Assembly (NCBI GenBank): GCA_964496815.1
Contig: CAZCAO010000001.1
Location: forward strand, 17,803 to 81,802
Origin: an uncultured Candidatus Saccharibacteria bacterium
Lineage (GTDB): Bacteria; Patescibacteriota; Saccharimonadia; CAILAD01; JADZBC01
Reading direction: 5' to 3'
DNA length: 64,000 bases
Part shown: positions 1 to 9,910 of the stretch, piece by piece
How positions within the stretch are numbered: position 1 is the first letter of the stretch
How the letters are laid out: every line of letters begins with the position of its first letter
Position numbers and translations under genes: made by a program
The notes under the pieces: model-generated
Databases searched by the model: none
What the model was told of the DNA's origin: nothing
What the model saw: only the letters and a program-made list of their open reading frames with translations

Positions 1-18
1 TCGCCCTTTTTATTTTAT

Positions 19-1170
19 TTATTTACTCCGGACGATGTAGTAGCCGTTTTGTGCCGCGGGGTCGGTACTGTCCTCTAGTTTGGCGGCGACTGTAAAGCTT
101 GTGCCGTTGGACTGATAGGCGTATTTAATTTTAACATCTGCCGTGCTTGAAGGATCATAGTTGACAACCGTAATGTAGGGGGGCGTGGTGTACTGGAGTG
201 GGTAGATGACCTTAATGTCATCACCAGCCGGATAGCGGCCTTGCTGCTGCTTGTAGACCTCTAATGCTGCGGAGATGGTATTGAGGTCGTCTTTGCGCTT
301 TTGATCGCGGGAGATGGCCTCTGATGACGCCTTAGGTGGCCCTGGAACTTGTGGCTGATTGGTTTTTGTTACGGCTGGCACTACTCGATTGGCGTTTTGA
401 CGTGCTAGCATCCATGCTCCGATTCCGGCTACAAGCGCTAGGCAAAGCACCGTGCCTGCTAGCAACGCGACTTGTTTGCCCTTGGATTTTTTCGGCTCAT
501 TGGCTGGATCTACTTTGGTATCAGAGTGTGTTGCTCTATTCTGAGTGTTAGCTAATTGGCGATTCGTGAGTACTGTAGGCAGCATGTCGTTTTCTGCAAT
601 TTCTTCGGCAAGTTGATATGCCTTAGTATGCCTTGATGCTTCGATTTCTGCCGAACCCGGTGGTGTAGTCGGCAGCGTCTCGTCGGCAATTTTGTTGGCT
701 AATTTAGGTTCAACGGGGAGGGAGCCGATAGCTGCACGATCGGGTGGAGTGTCATTCAACTTTGCAGCCATGGGTTGGCTCAGCTCAGGGTCTGAGAGTG
801 AGCTCGGTAATTCAGGTTCATCTAGCATGCTTGGTAGTTCCGGTACGACCAGGCGCCTTAGTCGAGCTTTGAGTCGATGTCGAAAGCGTATGGCGTCTTT
901 TACTGTTACTTCTGGAGCCGTCTGCTCATGACTAGTTGGGCTTGTTATCTCTTGCGAGCCGGACGTTCTGATGGGGCTGGGCGGTAAGGGGTCTTCTGCT
1001 AGGCTAGGCGCCACATGATTAGCAGTCGGAGGCGTACTTGGTTGGCGACTTTCAGTCTGGCCATGCCTAATCAAGGTGCCACATTCCATACATACGTCGC
1101 CAACGGCGGTATGAACCATTGGTTGCTTGCAGTTGGGGCAGAGTGGGGCTGTATGCTGGTCGTCTATCAT
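19..1170 (-). CDS. Membrane-anchored protein: N-terminal zinc ribbon, Pro-rich linker, TM helix, C-terminal GspG/pilin-like domain
   Basis: CPNC..CMEC at the N-terminus; hydrophobic VALLAGTVLCLALVAGIGAWML; SRDQKRKDDLNTISAALEVYKQQQGRYP resembles the pilin/GspG helix. Start moved to the ATG at 1170. Confidence 0.6.
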   Translation of the reverse strand: MIDDQHTAPLCPNCKQPMVHTAVGDVCMECGTLIRHGQTESRQPSTPPTANHVAPSLAEDPLPPSPIRTSGSQEITSPTSHEQTAPEVTVKDAIRFRHRLKARLRRLVVPELPSMLDEPELPSSLSDPELSQPMAAKLNDTPPDRAAIGSLPVEPKLANKIADETLPTTPPGSAEIEASRHTKAYQLAEEIAENDMLPTVLTNRQLANTQNRATHSDTKVDPANEPKKSKGKQVALLAGTVLCLALVAGIGAWMLARQNANRVVPAVTKTNQPQVPGPPKASSEAISRDQKRKDDLNTISAALEVYKQQQGRYPAGDDIKVIYPLQYTTPPYITVVNYDPSSTADVKIKYAYQSNGTSFTVAAKLEDSTDPAAQNGYYIVRSK

Positions 1171-1338
1171 GATAATTCTTACGGTTATTATACCTTTTCT
1201 TAGGAAATTTGCCCAGAAAGTACCCCGCCAAGACAAAAATTGTTCAAAAAAACTGTTGTATTTTAGACTGTTGTAGATTTATACTAAGTAGTAAGTAATT
1301 TAAGTTTTAAACAAAAGAAAAGTAGACAAAAAAACAAT

Positions 1339-1611
1339 ATGCTAAAGCTCTTCATAACATCAAAAACAAGACGAAAAATCATTACGATTTACAGTAAATA
1401 TCCTGACTACCGCGTACACGTTCGGGGTTTGGCTAAGATCTTGCGTGAAGATCCTGGCAATATTCAGCGTGAATTGGCCCGTATGGAAAAGATTGGCTAT
1501 GTTAAATCTGCCAAAGAAGGCAACGCCAAGGTGTATTGGGTGAATCAGCAGTTCCTACTCTTTAAAGAGCTACAGAGTATGGTTCTTAAAACATCAAGGA
1601 AGAAATCTTAA
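1339..1611 (+). CDS. Winged helix-turn-helix DNA-binding protein
   Basis: MLKLFITSKTRRKI..HVRGLAKILREDPGNIQRELARMEKIG..GNAKVYWVN is a wHTH pattern common in CPR. Confidence 0.75.
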   Translation: MLKLFITSKTRRKIITIYSKYPDYRVHVRGLAKILREDPGNIQRELARMEKIGYVKSAKEGNAKVYWVNQQFLLFKELQSMVLKTSRKKS

Positions 1612-1614
1612 AAA

Positions 1615-1800
1615 ATGAGTATTCTCGCCAAAATCAAAAATCAATTTTCGAAACAAGACATATACCGACAAAAGGCTGAAAAGATGGCTCAAACCCAGCG
1701 CTTTTTGTACGCCCATCGACAGGTATATCGATCTGAGACTCCCTTGGGCTTTAAGGCTCGTTCTGAAGGTAGCTACCACTTAGCTCGCGCAGGCCGATAG
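1615..1800 (+). CDS. Small basic hypothetical protein
   Basis: 61-aa ORF starting 3 nt after the wHTH stop; fills the gap before recJ. Confidence 0.4.
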   Translation: MSILAKIKNQFSKQDIYRQKAEKMAQTQRFLYAHRQVYRSETPLGFKARSEGSYHLARAGR

Positions 1801-1840
1801 TCTTGTTTGGCTCGGGCATATAATCCTCTATACTGAGGGT

Positions 1841-3562
1841 ATGTCAGGCAAATATCAGCAAAAATCAACAGATTCGATTACGCCATACACATGGCGTTTT
1901 CTCGCAGAGCCCGACGCATTAGCTAGGAGCCCGATTGAATTACGTGAACTTATTCTGCAGCAGCGCGGCATAGGTAAAGACCAGCAGACCAGCTTCGTCT
2001 CGCCGCAGTATGAGGAGTTACATGCCCCGGATTTACTAAGTGGTATGGACGTCGCCGTGGCAAGGATTAGTCGTGCATTAGAGGGCGAGGAGCGGATTGT
2101 CGTCTATGGCGACTATGATATTGACGGCATAACGGCCACTGCCTTATTGGTTGATGTGCTTGAGCAGTTAGGTGCTCATGTTCGGCCGTATATTCCTGAT
2201 CGGTTCGAAGAAGGCTACGGACTCAATACCGAGGCCCTTACTACACTGCGATCCGACGGCACTGATTTGCTCATTAGTGTGGATTGCGGTATTTCTTCGG
2301 CTGCGGAAGTTGCTGCAGCGCAGAAGCTTGGACTCGACATTATCGTAACTGACCATCACAGCGTGCCCGAGGTAACCCCTGAGGCGGCAGTGGCCTGCAT
2401 AAATCCACGTATAGGCGCCGATGCGTATCCATTTAAGGATCTCGCTGGTGTTGCTGTAGCGTTTAAACTGGCCGTGGCTTTGGCAGCAGCACATCCTGGC
2501 AAAATCAAACCAGGTCGTGAAAAATGGCTACTTGATCTTGTCGCCCTTGGTACCGTCTGCGATGTTGTGCCACTCGTGGGCGAGAATCGGGCGCTGGTGC
2601 AGTTTGGGCTGACCGTGTTGCGCAAAAGCCCTCGTCCCGGACTGCGGGCACTAGCCGAGGTTAGTGGGGTTGAATTAGAGAGCGTTCAAGCTTCGGACCT
2701 AGGCTTTCGCTTCGGACCTCGCCTGAACGCTGCCGGACGATTGGAACATGCTGCACAAGCGCTAGAACTGATTACTACCAAGGACACAGGTCGGGCGAAA
2801 GAATTGGCCGAGGGACTAAATATTCTAAATCGCGAGCGACAAGATGAAACGGCGCGGGTATTTGCAGAAGCCATGGAGCAGGCGGAGGGTTACTCGGATG
2901 ATGCAATCTTGGTGCTGTCCGGCCCGGGTTGGTCGCACGGTATCGTCGGGCTGGTAGCTAGTCGGGTGAGTGAAGCTAGGCACAAACCTACGATTATTTT
3001 GCAGCAGCTTGGTGCGATTACCAAAGGTTCAGCTCGAAGCATGGGGGCTTTTAATATCATCGAAGCAATTACGAGTGCCCGGCAGCACCTCGAGCGTTAT
3101 GGTGGGCATGCCTTTGCTGCTGGTATGACACTGAAAACGGATAAGATAGCCGATTTTCGCAAGGCTCTAAACTCATATGCAGCTCTGCATTCGTCCGAGC
3201 TAGGTAAACAAAAGGAGCTTGTTATAACCTGCCGGCTTGATAGTACTACCCTTACTACTAGTCTTTTGGATGAACTCGAACTACTGGAGCCATATGGGAA
3301 CGCCAACCCACAGCCAGTATTTATGTCGCAGTTGAAGCTCGTGCGCATGCGTCCGGTTGGGGCTGATCAGAAGCATTTACAGATGAACTTTGACGCAGGC
3401 CGAGGGCAAATTGGTGCAATTGCCTTTAGCGCCGCCGGACGCTGGCCATGGCTGGAAATTGACCAAGAGGTCGAGGTGGCCTACCGAGCGTCAAAAAACG
3501 TTTGGAATGGGGTAGAGAGCTTGCAGTTAGAGGTGGTAGACATTCGACCTATTGGGGCTTGA
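1841..3562 (+). CDS. recJ: ssDNA-specific exonuclease RecJ
   Basis: GDYDIDG, PDRFEEGYG, TDHH, GPRLNAAGRL, GSARS, GGH and LEPYGNANPQP motifs. Confidence 0.97.
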   Translation: MSGKYQQKSTDSITPYTWRFLAEPDALARSPIELRELILQQRGIGKDQQTSFVSPQYEELHAPDLLSGMDVAVARISRALEGEERIVVYGDYDIDGITATALLVDVLEQLGAHVRPYIPDRFEEGYGLNTEALTTLRSDGTDLLISVDCGISSAAEVAAAQKLGLDIIVTDHHSVPEVTPEAAVACINPRIGADAYPFKDLAGVAVAFKLAVALAAAHPGKIKPGREKWLLDLVALGTVCDVVPLVGENRALVQFGLTVLRKSPRPGLRALAEVSGVELESVQASDLGFRFGPRLNAAGRLEHAAQALELITTKDTGRAKELAEGLNILNRERQDETARVFAEAMEQAEGYSDDAILVLSGPGWSHGIVGLVASRVSEARHKPTIILQQLGAITKGSARSMGAFNIIEAITSARQHLERYGGHAFAAGMTLKTDKIADFRKALNSYAALHSSELGKQKELVITCRLDSTTLTTSLLDELELLEPYGNANPQPVFMSQLKLVRMRPVGADQKHLQMNFDAGRGQIGAIAFSAAGRWPWLEIDQEVEVAYRASKNVWNGVESLQLEVVDIRPIGA

Positions 3563-3634
3563 AGAAGTCGTGGTTTTAGCGTATAATCGCTTCTGAAATT
3601 GATTTATTAGCTAGTAGAAAAACAAGGAGTTAGT

Positions 3635-3844
3635 TTGATCCAAGTAACAGCCAAAGAAAAAGAGTCGGCCGAGAGCTTATTGCGCCGCTTCAACAAGAAG
3701 GTAATCCAGTCTGGAGTATTGGGCGAAGCTCGCCGTAAGCGATATTTTGAAAAGCCAGTTTCTAAGACCGAGCAACGTTCGATTGCAATCCGCAAAGCAC
3801 GCCGCAAAGAGCAGAAAGCTCGCGAAATTCTAGGGATCAAGTAA
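3635..3844 (+). CDS. rpsU: 30S ribosomal protein S21
   Basis: ESLLRRFNKKV..EARRKRYFEKP; AAGGAG SD before a TTG start. Confidence 0.93.
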   Translation: MIQVTAKEKESAESLLRRFNKKVIQSGVLGEARRKRYFEKPVSKTEQRSIAIRKARRKEQKAREILGIK

Positions 3845-4284
3845 TGCACGTTCTCGAGCAGCTGGAAAAAGATCTCGCAGCTGCCATGCGAGAGCGAGAC
3901 CAGATCCGCCTCCAGGTTTTGAGGCTGCTTAAGAATGCTCTCAAAAACTATCAGATTGAAGTCGGCCATGAACTCAGTTCTCAGGAAATGATGCAAGTTT
4001 TGCAAAAGGAAGCAAAAAAGCGCCGTGACTCTATCGAAGCATACACAAAAGCCAACCGTGATGATTTGGTGGCTGAGGAAACAGCTGAGCTCAAAGAAAT
4101 TGAGCACTACCTGCCAGCGCAAATGAGTGATGAGCAGGTGCGCGCAATTGTGCAAGAAGTCCTTGCCGCCAATCCTGACGCACAGATGGGACAGGTAATC
4201 GGTCAGGTTTTAGCTAAGACTAATGGCCAGGCAGACGGTGGCGTGGTGAGTCGCATCGTGAGTGACGAACTTAATACTAAGTAG
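3844..4284 (+). CDS. yqeY: GatB/YqeY domain protein
   Basis: LQKEAKKRRDSIEAY..E.AEL..IEHYLP.QMS..MGQVIG..ADGGVVS; follows rpsU. Confidence 0.92.
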   Translation: MHVLEQLEKDLAAAMRERDQIRLQVLRLLKNALKNYQIEVGHELSSQEMMQVLQKEAKKRRDSIEAYTKANRDDLVAEETAELKEIEHYLPAQMSDEQVRAIVQEVLAANPDAQMGQVIGQVLAKTNGQADGGVVSRIVSDELNTK

Positions 4285-4289
4285 TAGTC

Positions 4290-4766
4290 ATGGCATTGAG
4301 TCTAGAGTTTGCCACTGACGTTCCGACTGAGGTAAGCCAGGGTGATCTACGAATGGCGCTTGATTTGGTCGAAGTTGCCACCGACACTACGGTAGACGGA
4401 GTGATTAGTTTGGTTTTTACCGATGAGTCGACGGCTCGCGAGTTGAACCATCGCTATGCCGGTAATGACTATGCTACTGATGTGCTGAGTTTTAACTACT
4501 ATGAGCATGAGACGGTTGAGCCTACTACTGACGATATACTGGGCGAGGTTGTGATTTGCTTGCCCATAGCTCAAAAGCAAGCCGCTGAACACAATCAGAC
4601 TGTGCGCTCTGAGCTCTTATTGCTTACTGTGCATGGCATGATGCATGTACTGGGGTTTGACCACGCAGATACGGCTCAGAAGACTAGCTTCGCACATATG
4701 CAAAGTGCTATATTAAGTAAGCTTAAGATTGATGCAAGGGATATATTCAATGGTAACACTCGGTAG
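4290..4766 (+). CDS. ybeY: rRNA maturation endoribonuclease YbeY
   Basis: LN.RY..DYATDVLSF, LGEVVIC, HGMMHVLGFDH. Confidence 0.95.
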   Translation: MALSLEFATDVPTEVSQGDLRMALDLVEVATDTTVDGVISLVFTDESTARELNHRYAGNDYATDVLSFNYYEHETVEPTTDDILGEVVICLPIAQKQAAEHNQTVRSELLLLTVHGMMHVLGFDHADTAQKTSFAHMQSAILSKLKIDARDIFNGNTR

Positions 4767-5109
4767 TCTTCGTCACGCTTTCAAAGGTCTTCGCGCAGTC
4801 GTAAGTCGTGAGCGTAATGCGCGTATTCATCTGGGCTTCGCCCTGCTTGCCGTGTTGGCTAGTTGGTTCTTTAAGATCTCTATCTTCCAGCTCTCTCTGG
4901 TTATTCTAGCGATTATCTTGGTGTTCTTTGCCGAGATTACGAATACAGCAGTGGAGCGCACTCTAGATCTTATTACTACTGAGCGCAATCAGGTAGTTCA
5001 GCTTGTTAAAGATATGACAGCAGGTGGCGTGTTCGTTTGTGCCCTCGGTGCGCTTGCCATAGGTGTTTGCATCTTCGGCCCACGTATTTACGAAATGTTG
5101 GTGCGATGA
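4750..5109 (+). CDS. dgkA: Diacylglycerol/undecaprenol kinase family protein
   Basis: ERNARIH, EITNTAVE..D, KDMTAGGV; adjacent to ybeY. Confidence 0.9.
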   Translation: MVTLGSLRHAFKGLRAVVSRERNARIHLGFALLAVLASWFFKISIFQLSLVILAIILVFFAEITNTAVERTLDLITTERNQVVQLVKDMTAGGVFVCALGALAIGVCIFGPRIYEMLVR

Positions 5110-5654
5110 GCCGACGTATTATCGTTCTAGGTATGCCAGGGGCCGGCAAAGATACGCAATGTGACATGCTTGCCAAAGAGCTGGGTGGGGTTATTATCAA
5201 GACCGGCGATATCGCTCGGCAGCTCGCTAAAACGAATACAAAAATTGCACAAATACTGCGTGAAGGCGGCTTAGTTGAAGATGACATTATCAACGCCAGA
5301 CTCGTAGAAAAGCTTAAAGAATTAGGTTCTGAACCTGACATTATCTTCGATGGCTTCCCTCGCAGGGTTGAGCAGGCACGTTGGCTTGATGAAATTTTAG
5401 GGCAAAAAGCTGCGCAGGACTTGCACGTATATTATCTGCGTATTAGTGCACAGTCTGCACTTAAACGCCTAATGAAACGTGGTCGAGCAGACGACACCGA
5501 TGCTATAGTGCGTAATCGTTTGCGTGTTTTTGCCGAGCAAACTGAGCCCGTATTGGCCTATTATCAGGCAAGCCATCGCTTGGTAGAAATTGACGGCGAA
5601 CCTAGCCCGTCAGAGATTCAGACAGAACTGCAGCATAAGATAAAGGAGCAGTAA
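5106..5654 (+). CDS. adk: Adenylate kinase (short-lid type)
   Basis: GMPGAGKDTQ P-loop, TGDIAR, DGFPR, RGRADD; start at ATG 5106. Confidence 0.9.
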   Translation: MSRRIIVLGMPGAGKDTQCDMLAKELGGVIIKTGDIARQLAKTNTKIAQILREGGLVEDDIINARLVEKLKELGSEPDIIFDGFPRRVEQARWLDEILGQKAAQDLHVYYLRISAQSALKRLMKRGRADDTDAIVRNRLRVFAEQTEPVLAYYQASHRLVEIDGEPSPSEIQTELQHKIKEQ

Positions 5655-5655
5655 T

Positions 5656-6408
5656 ATGATGACTCAGGTAAAAACAGAAGCAGAGATTGCTGCTATGAGG
5701 TATGGTGGCAAGATACTTGGGCAGACACTACAGACGCTGAAGGCAAAGGCTACTCCGGGTATGATGACCCAACAGATTGACCAACTAGCTCGGGATCTTT
5801 TAGCGGAGCAGGGCGTTGAACCAGCTTTCTTGGGTTTTGACGGTTTTCCCGCCGCAATTTGCATTTCGATTAATGAAGAAATAGTACATGGCATACCTGG
5901 GAGTCGGGTTCTCCGTGAGGGTGATCTGGTGAAGTTTGACTTTGGGGTTAAGCACGAAGGCATGATTACAGACAGTGCCATTAGTTTTGTACTTGGGGCA
6001 ACTACGAACTCGAAGGCTGAAAAACTGATCCGTGCCACCGAAGAAGCACTTAGTCGCGCCATTGATAGCTTGCATGACGGCGTGCGAGTGGGCGACATTA
6101 GTGCTGTGATCGGTACTACCATCCAGAAACATGGTTTTTCCGTGCTGCAGTCATTGGGCGGCCACGGCGTGGGTCATAGGCTTCATGAAGACCCCTGGAT
6201 AGGTAATGACGGGGTGGCTGGAACCGGGCAGATGCTCAAAGCAGGCATGACGATTGCCTTGGAACCGATAGCCTCAATTGGCACAGAAGACCTTGTGATG
6301 GCCGATGATGGCTGGACTTGCATAACTGACGATGGTTCACTGGCGGCACAGAGCGAACACACAATTTTAATCACTGAGTCTGGGGCAGAAATATTAACTC
6401 TTCCTTAG
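5656..6408 (+). CDS. map: Type I methionine aminopeptidase
   Basis: SINEEIVHGIP, DFG, GHGVG..LHEDP, ALEP, AQSEHT. Confidence 0.96.
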   Translation: MMTQVKTEAEIAAMRYGGKILGQTLQTLKAKATPGMMTQQIDQLARDLLAEQGVEPAFLGFDGFPAAICISINEEIVHGIPGSRVLREGDLVKFDFGVKHEGMITDSAISFVLGATTNSKAEKLIRATEEALSRAIDSLHDGVRVGDISAVIGTTIQKHGFSVLQSLGGHGVGHRLHEDPWIGNDGVAGTGQMLKAGMTIALEPIASIGTEDLVMADDGWTCITDDGSLAAQSEHTILITESGAEILTLP

Positions 6409-6477
6409 GCGGATTGCACCAATAGTTTGCGCAACCACGACGGTCGTGTATATAATGGAAGACATTAAGGCAGGGTT

Positions 6478-7710
6478 ATGGCGGCAAAAAACGAATCAAC
6501 ATTTGTAGGTTTAGACATCGGCACAAGCAAAGTAGCTTGTGTGGTTGGCTTGCATCAGGATGATATGGCTGAGCCGAGTATCATAGGCCTTGGCGTGGCG
6601 CCTACGACGGGTTTGCGCCGCGGAACGGTCTCGGACGTAGAGGAGACTGTTGCGTCGATTACGGCTGCCCTTGAAGAGGCCGAGCGGATGAGCGGCGTGA
6701 CGATTGAGCACGCTACGATCAGTGTCGATGGTGCGCATATCCAAAGTCTCAACTCACGCGGTGTCATAGCTGTCAGTCGCGCTGATCACGAGATATCACG
6801 TGAGGATCTCGCTCGCGTTGAGGAAGCGGCGGCTGCTATTCAGATGGATAGTAATCGTCAGATCCTTCAGGTAATACCTCGTAGTTATACCGTAGATGGT
6901 CAGACAAACGTCACCGACCCCGTTGGCATGAACGGTGTTCGTCTTGAAATTGATACACATATAATCACCGCTGCTTCACCAGCCATGAAGAACCTGACTA
7001 ACGCAGTTTTTCGCGCTGGGATTACGATTGACGATCAGCTTTTGGTGCCGCTGGCCGCTGCACGAGCTGTTCTAACAAAACGACAGTTCGAGCTCGGCGT
7101 CGTCCTCCTTGATATCGGTGCCGAAACGACTGGTATTGTGGTTTTCGAAGAGGGTAGCATTGCTTTTACAACTATTCTACCTGTAGGGTCAAACCATATA
7201 ACTAAGGATCTGGTATATGGCTTGCGCACAAATATTGATGTAGCCGAGAAGCTCAAGCTAGCGCGGGCTTCTGCTATGAAGGAGAAGGGCCGACCGAACG
7301 AAAAAATCGACCTAGCTGACTTTGGCGGTAGTGGTACAGTCAGCCAGAGCGAGGTTGATAAGATTGTAACCTCACGCTGCGAAGAGATCTTCACCATGGT
7401 TGCCACAGAGCTACGTAAGGCAGGTAAGGACTCAATGTTGGCCGGCGGAGCAGTTTTGACTGGCGGCGGTGCTAAATTGCCTGGAATTGATAAGCTGGCC
7501 CAAAACACCCTCAAACTTAATGCTGTAGTGGCATCGCCACGCGGCTTCGGTGGGATTAGCGACAGGGTAAAAGACCCAGCTTATGCAGCTGCGGTCGGTC
7601 TTATGCTCGAGGATATGCATCATACACCAACTGGCCATGGCGGGATAAACTCTGCTATCAGCGGAATTGTTTCACAGGTAAAGGGGATTTTTAAGAACTT
7701 CTTGCCATAG
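6478..7710 (+). CDS. ftsA: Cell division protein FtsA
   Basis: GLDIGTSKV, DIGAETT, GAVLTGGGAKL; upstream of ftsZ. Confidence 0.97.
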   Translation: MAAKNESTFVGLDIGTSKVACVVGLHQDDMAEPSIIGLGVAPTTGLRRGTVSDVEETVASITAALEEAERMSGVTIEHATISVDGAHIQSLNSRGVIAVSRADHEISREDLARVEEAAAAIQMDSNRQILQVIPRSYTVDGQTNVTDPVGMNGVRLEIDTHIITAASPAMKNLTNAVFRAGITIDDQLLVPLAAARAVLTKRQFELGVVLLDIGAETTGIVVFEEGSIAFTTILPVGSNHITKDLVYGLRTNIDVAEKLKLARASAMKEKGRPNEKIDLADFGGSGTVSQSEVDKIVTSRCEEIFTMVATELRKAGKDSMLAGGAVLTGGGAKLPGIDKLAQNTLKLNAVVASPRGFGGISDRVKDPAYAAAVGLMLEDMHHTPTGHGGINSAISGIVSQVKGIFKNFLP

Positions 7711-7740
7711 TACCGATAAATTTACAAAAAACCATCAATA

Positions 7741-7770
7741 AACAGCCCTGCACTAGCAGGGCTGTTGTGT
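7741..7770 (+). terminator. Intrinsic terminator-like hairpin after ftsA
   Basis: AACAGCCCTGC-acta-GCAGGGCTGTT, a perfect 11-bp stem. Confidence 0.65.
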
Positions 7771-7845
7771 ATTGAACACGACATAAATATTATTGAACAC
7801 AAAATTTAACAGATGTAAAAGGTCCAAATATTTCGAGCAAAATAT

Positions 7846-7874
7846 TTGCATTACTTGTGCAATTTGGTTATACT
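7846..7874 (+). promoter_or_regulatory. Putative sigma70-type promoter of ftsZ
   Basis: TTGCAT-17 nt-TATACT. Confidence 0.55.
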
Positions 7875-7992
7875 TTTGGCTATACCGGTTGAGTAGCGGT
7901 ATGTGTGTGGTAAGGACTCCCATTAGGTTGGGAAAGCTTCGATCGCTCGACAAGAGCGTTCAACGCCATTATATAAAGGAGTCACAAACAGC

Positions 7993-9396
7993 ATGGCAGA
8001 AATTCGACCCGAAATTGAGACATTTGCACGCATCAAAGTAGTTGGTGTGGGTGGCGGTGGCAATAACGCCCTAAACCGTATGATTCAATCGAGCATACGC
8101 GGCATTGATTTTGTAGCGGTTAATACGGATGCTCAGGCATTGCATTATTCCCAGGCTGCGAAGAAAGTCCACATCGGCAAAGAAGCTACACGTGGACTAG
8201 GAGCTGGCGCAAACCCTGAAGTAGGCAAAATTGCGGCAGAAGAAAGCGAAGAAGACATATTCGAGGCTCTAAAGGGTAGCGAAATGGTATTTATAACTGG
8301 TGGTTGTGGTGGTGGTACTGCAAGTGGTGCTGCACCAGTAATCGCCCGGATTGCGCGAGAGATCGGTGCTCTAACTGTAGCGATTATGACGAAGCCATTT
8401 GCCTTCGAAGGTGATCGACGACGCAAGATTGCTGAGGCTGCGATTGAAGAACTTCGTGACAAAGTCGACACTTTAATTATCATCCCGAACGACCGCATAT
8501 TGCAGATTATTGATCGCAAGACCTCTTTGCTTGATGCTTTTGGGGCAGTAGACAACGTTCTACGTCAGGGCGTGCAAGGCATCTCAGACCTTATTACCGT
8601 TAATGGTTTGGTCAACTTGGACTTCGCTGACGTCAAATCGATTATGAGTAATGCTGGTAGCGCCCTGATGGGAATTGGCCATGGTTCTGGTGATAATCGT
8701 GCCGTCGAGGCTGTAAAGCAGGCAATGGACTCACCATTGCTCGAAGTTTCGATCCAGGGTGCTAAGGGCGTGCTGATTAACTTTACCGGCGGTAGAGATA
8801 TGGGCATGCATGAGATCGAAGAGGCTGCCAAGCTGATTCATGACTCAGTTGATCCTGAAGCAAATATTATCTGGGGTACAGTTCTTGATGAGAACACTAC
8901 TGGCGAAATCAAGGTAACGTTGGTTGCAACGGGTTTTGACGCGTCACGATCGCCAGCTACGAAGGCTAATAGCTTCTCGGGCTTTGGTGTTGCCTCAAGT
9001 AATGTCGCGAGCAGCGAAAACTATACCCAGCCAGCTCCGCATGTCGAGGAAGTTTATACCGAGCCAGAACCAGAAGCAATCCCATTTATTCGCGAGCAGC
9101 CGCGTCCTGTATTTCAGTCTGACGACCTTGAGCCACTTGTAAAGGCCGAACCTGAAGCACCAAAGACTATGATGGATGACCCGATTACTGGCTTTGACCT
9201 TGAAGAACCTGCCTTAGAAGAGTCGGTAGTAGAGCCTACAGCGCCGGCAACTCCAGCTCAGCCGATTATCGAACGAGCCGCTGGCTTTAGTGGTGATGAA
9301 GACGATCTCGATAAGCCTGCCTATCTGCGTCAAGGCGTAACGTTAGAACAAGACGTTGACGATGACATTCCTAGTTTCGTAAAGAAAAAGATGTAA
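7993..9396 (+). CDS. ftsZ: Cell division protein FtsZ
   Basis: [20 protein letters not shown] tubulin signature, NLDFAD; long acidic C-terminal linker. Confidence 0.98.
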   Translation: MAEIRPEIETFARIKVVGVGGGGNNALNRMIQSSIRGIDFVAVNTDAQALHYSQAAKKVHIGKEATRGLGAGANPEVGKIAAEESEEDIFEALKGSEMVFITGGCGGGTASGAAPVIARIAREIGALTVAIMTKPFAFEGDRRRKIAEAAIEELRDKVDTLIIIPNDRILQIIDRKTSLLDAFGAVDNVLRQGVQGISDLITVNGLVNLDFADVKSIMSNAGSALMGIGHGSGDNRAVEAVKQAMDSPLLEVSIQGAKGVLINFTGGRDMGMHEIEEAAKLIHDSVDPEANIIWGTVLDENTTGEIKVTLVATGFDASRSPATKANSFSGFGVASSNVASSENYTQPAPHVEEVYTEPEPEAIPFIREQPRPVFQSDDLEPLVKAEPEAPKTMMDDPITGFDLEEPALEESVVEPTAPATPAQPIIERAAGFSGDEDDLDKPAYLRQGVTLEQDVDDDIPSFVKKKM

Positions 9397-9418
9397 TAGG
9401 TTAGGAGGGTGCGAAAAA

Positions 9419-9889
9419 GTGAAGTGTCCACGCTGTCGATCTCAGGAGAGTCGGGTTTTAGAATCCCGCGAAGTAGAGCAGGATAATGTAATACGCCGGC
9501 GTAGAGAGTGCTTGAGCTGTCAGCATCGTTTCACTACCTATGAACGCATTGAGGCTGCTCATTTGATGATTGTTAAGAAGAATGGTGAACGTGAGCTGTT
9601 TGATCGAGCCAAGTTAGCTAATGGCATATATAGCGCCTTCCAGAAGCGTCCTGTATCAGCCGACCAAATTGAAGGCATCATCACTGCCATCGAACAAGAG
9701 TTAAAGTCAACAGGTGATCATGAGATCGCAAGTAGTAAGATTGGCGAATTAGTCATGAACAAACTGCGCGAAAGCGACGATGTCGCCTATGTTCGCTTTG
9801 CTAGTGTTTATCGTAGCTTCGCTGATATAAAGAGCTTCGAGGCTGAACTCAACCGCCTTAAGAACGAGGCAAAAAAGAAGGTCGATTAA
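9419..9889 (+). CDS. nrdR: Transcriptional repressor NrdR
   Basis: CPRC..RRRRECLSC..RFTTYE, ATP-cone, VAYVRFASVY. Confidence 0.97.
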   Translation: MKCPRCRSQESRVLESREVEQDNVIRRRRECLSCQHRFTTYERIEAAHLMIVKKNGERELFDRAKLANGIYSAFQKRPVSADQIEGIITAIEQELKSTGDHEIASSKIGELVMNKLRESDDVAYVRFASVYRSFADIKSFEAELNRLKNEAKKKVD

Positions 9890-9910
9890 CTCTCATGCTA
9901 TACTAAAAGC

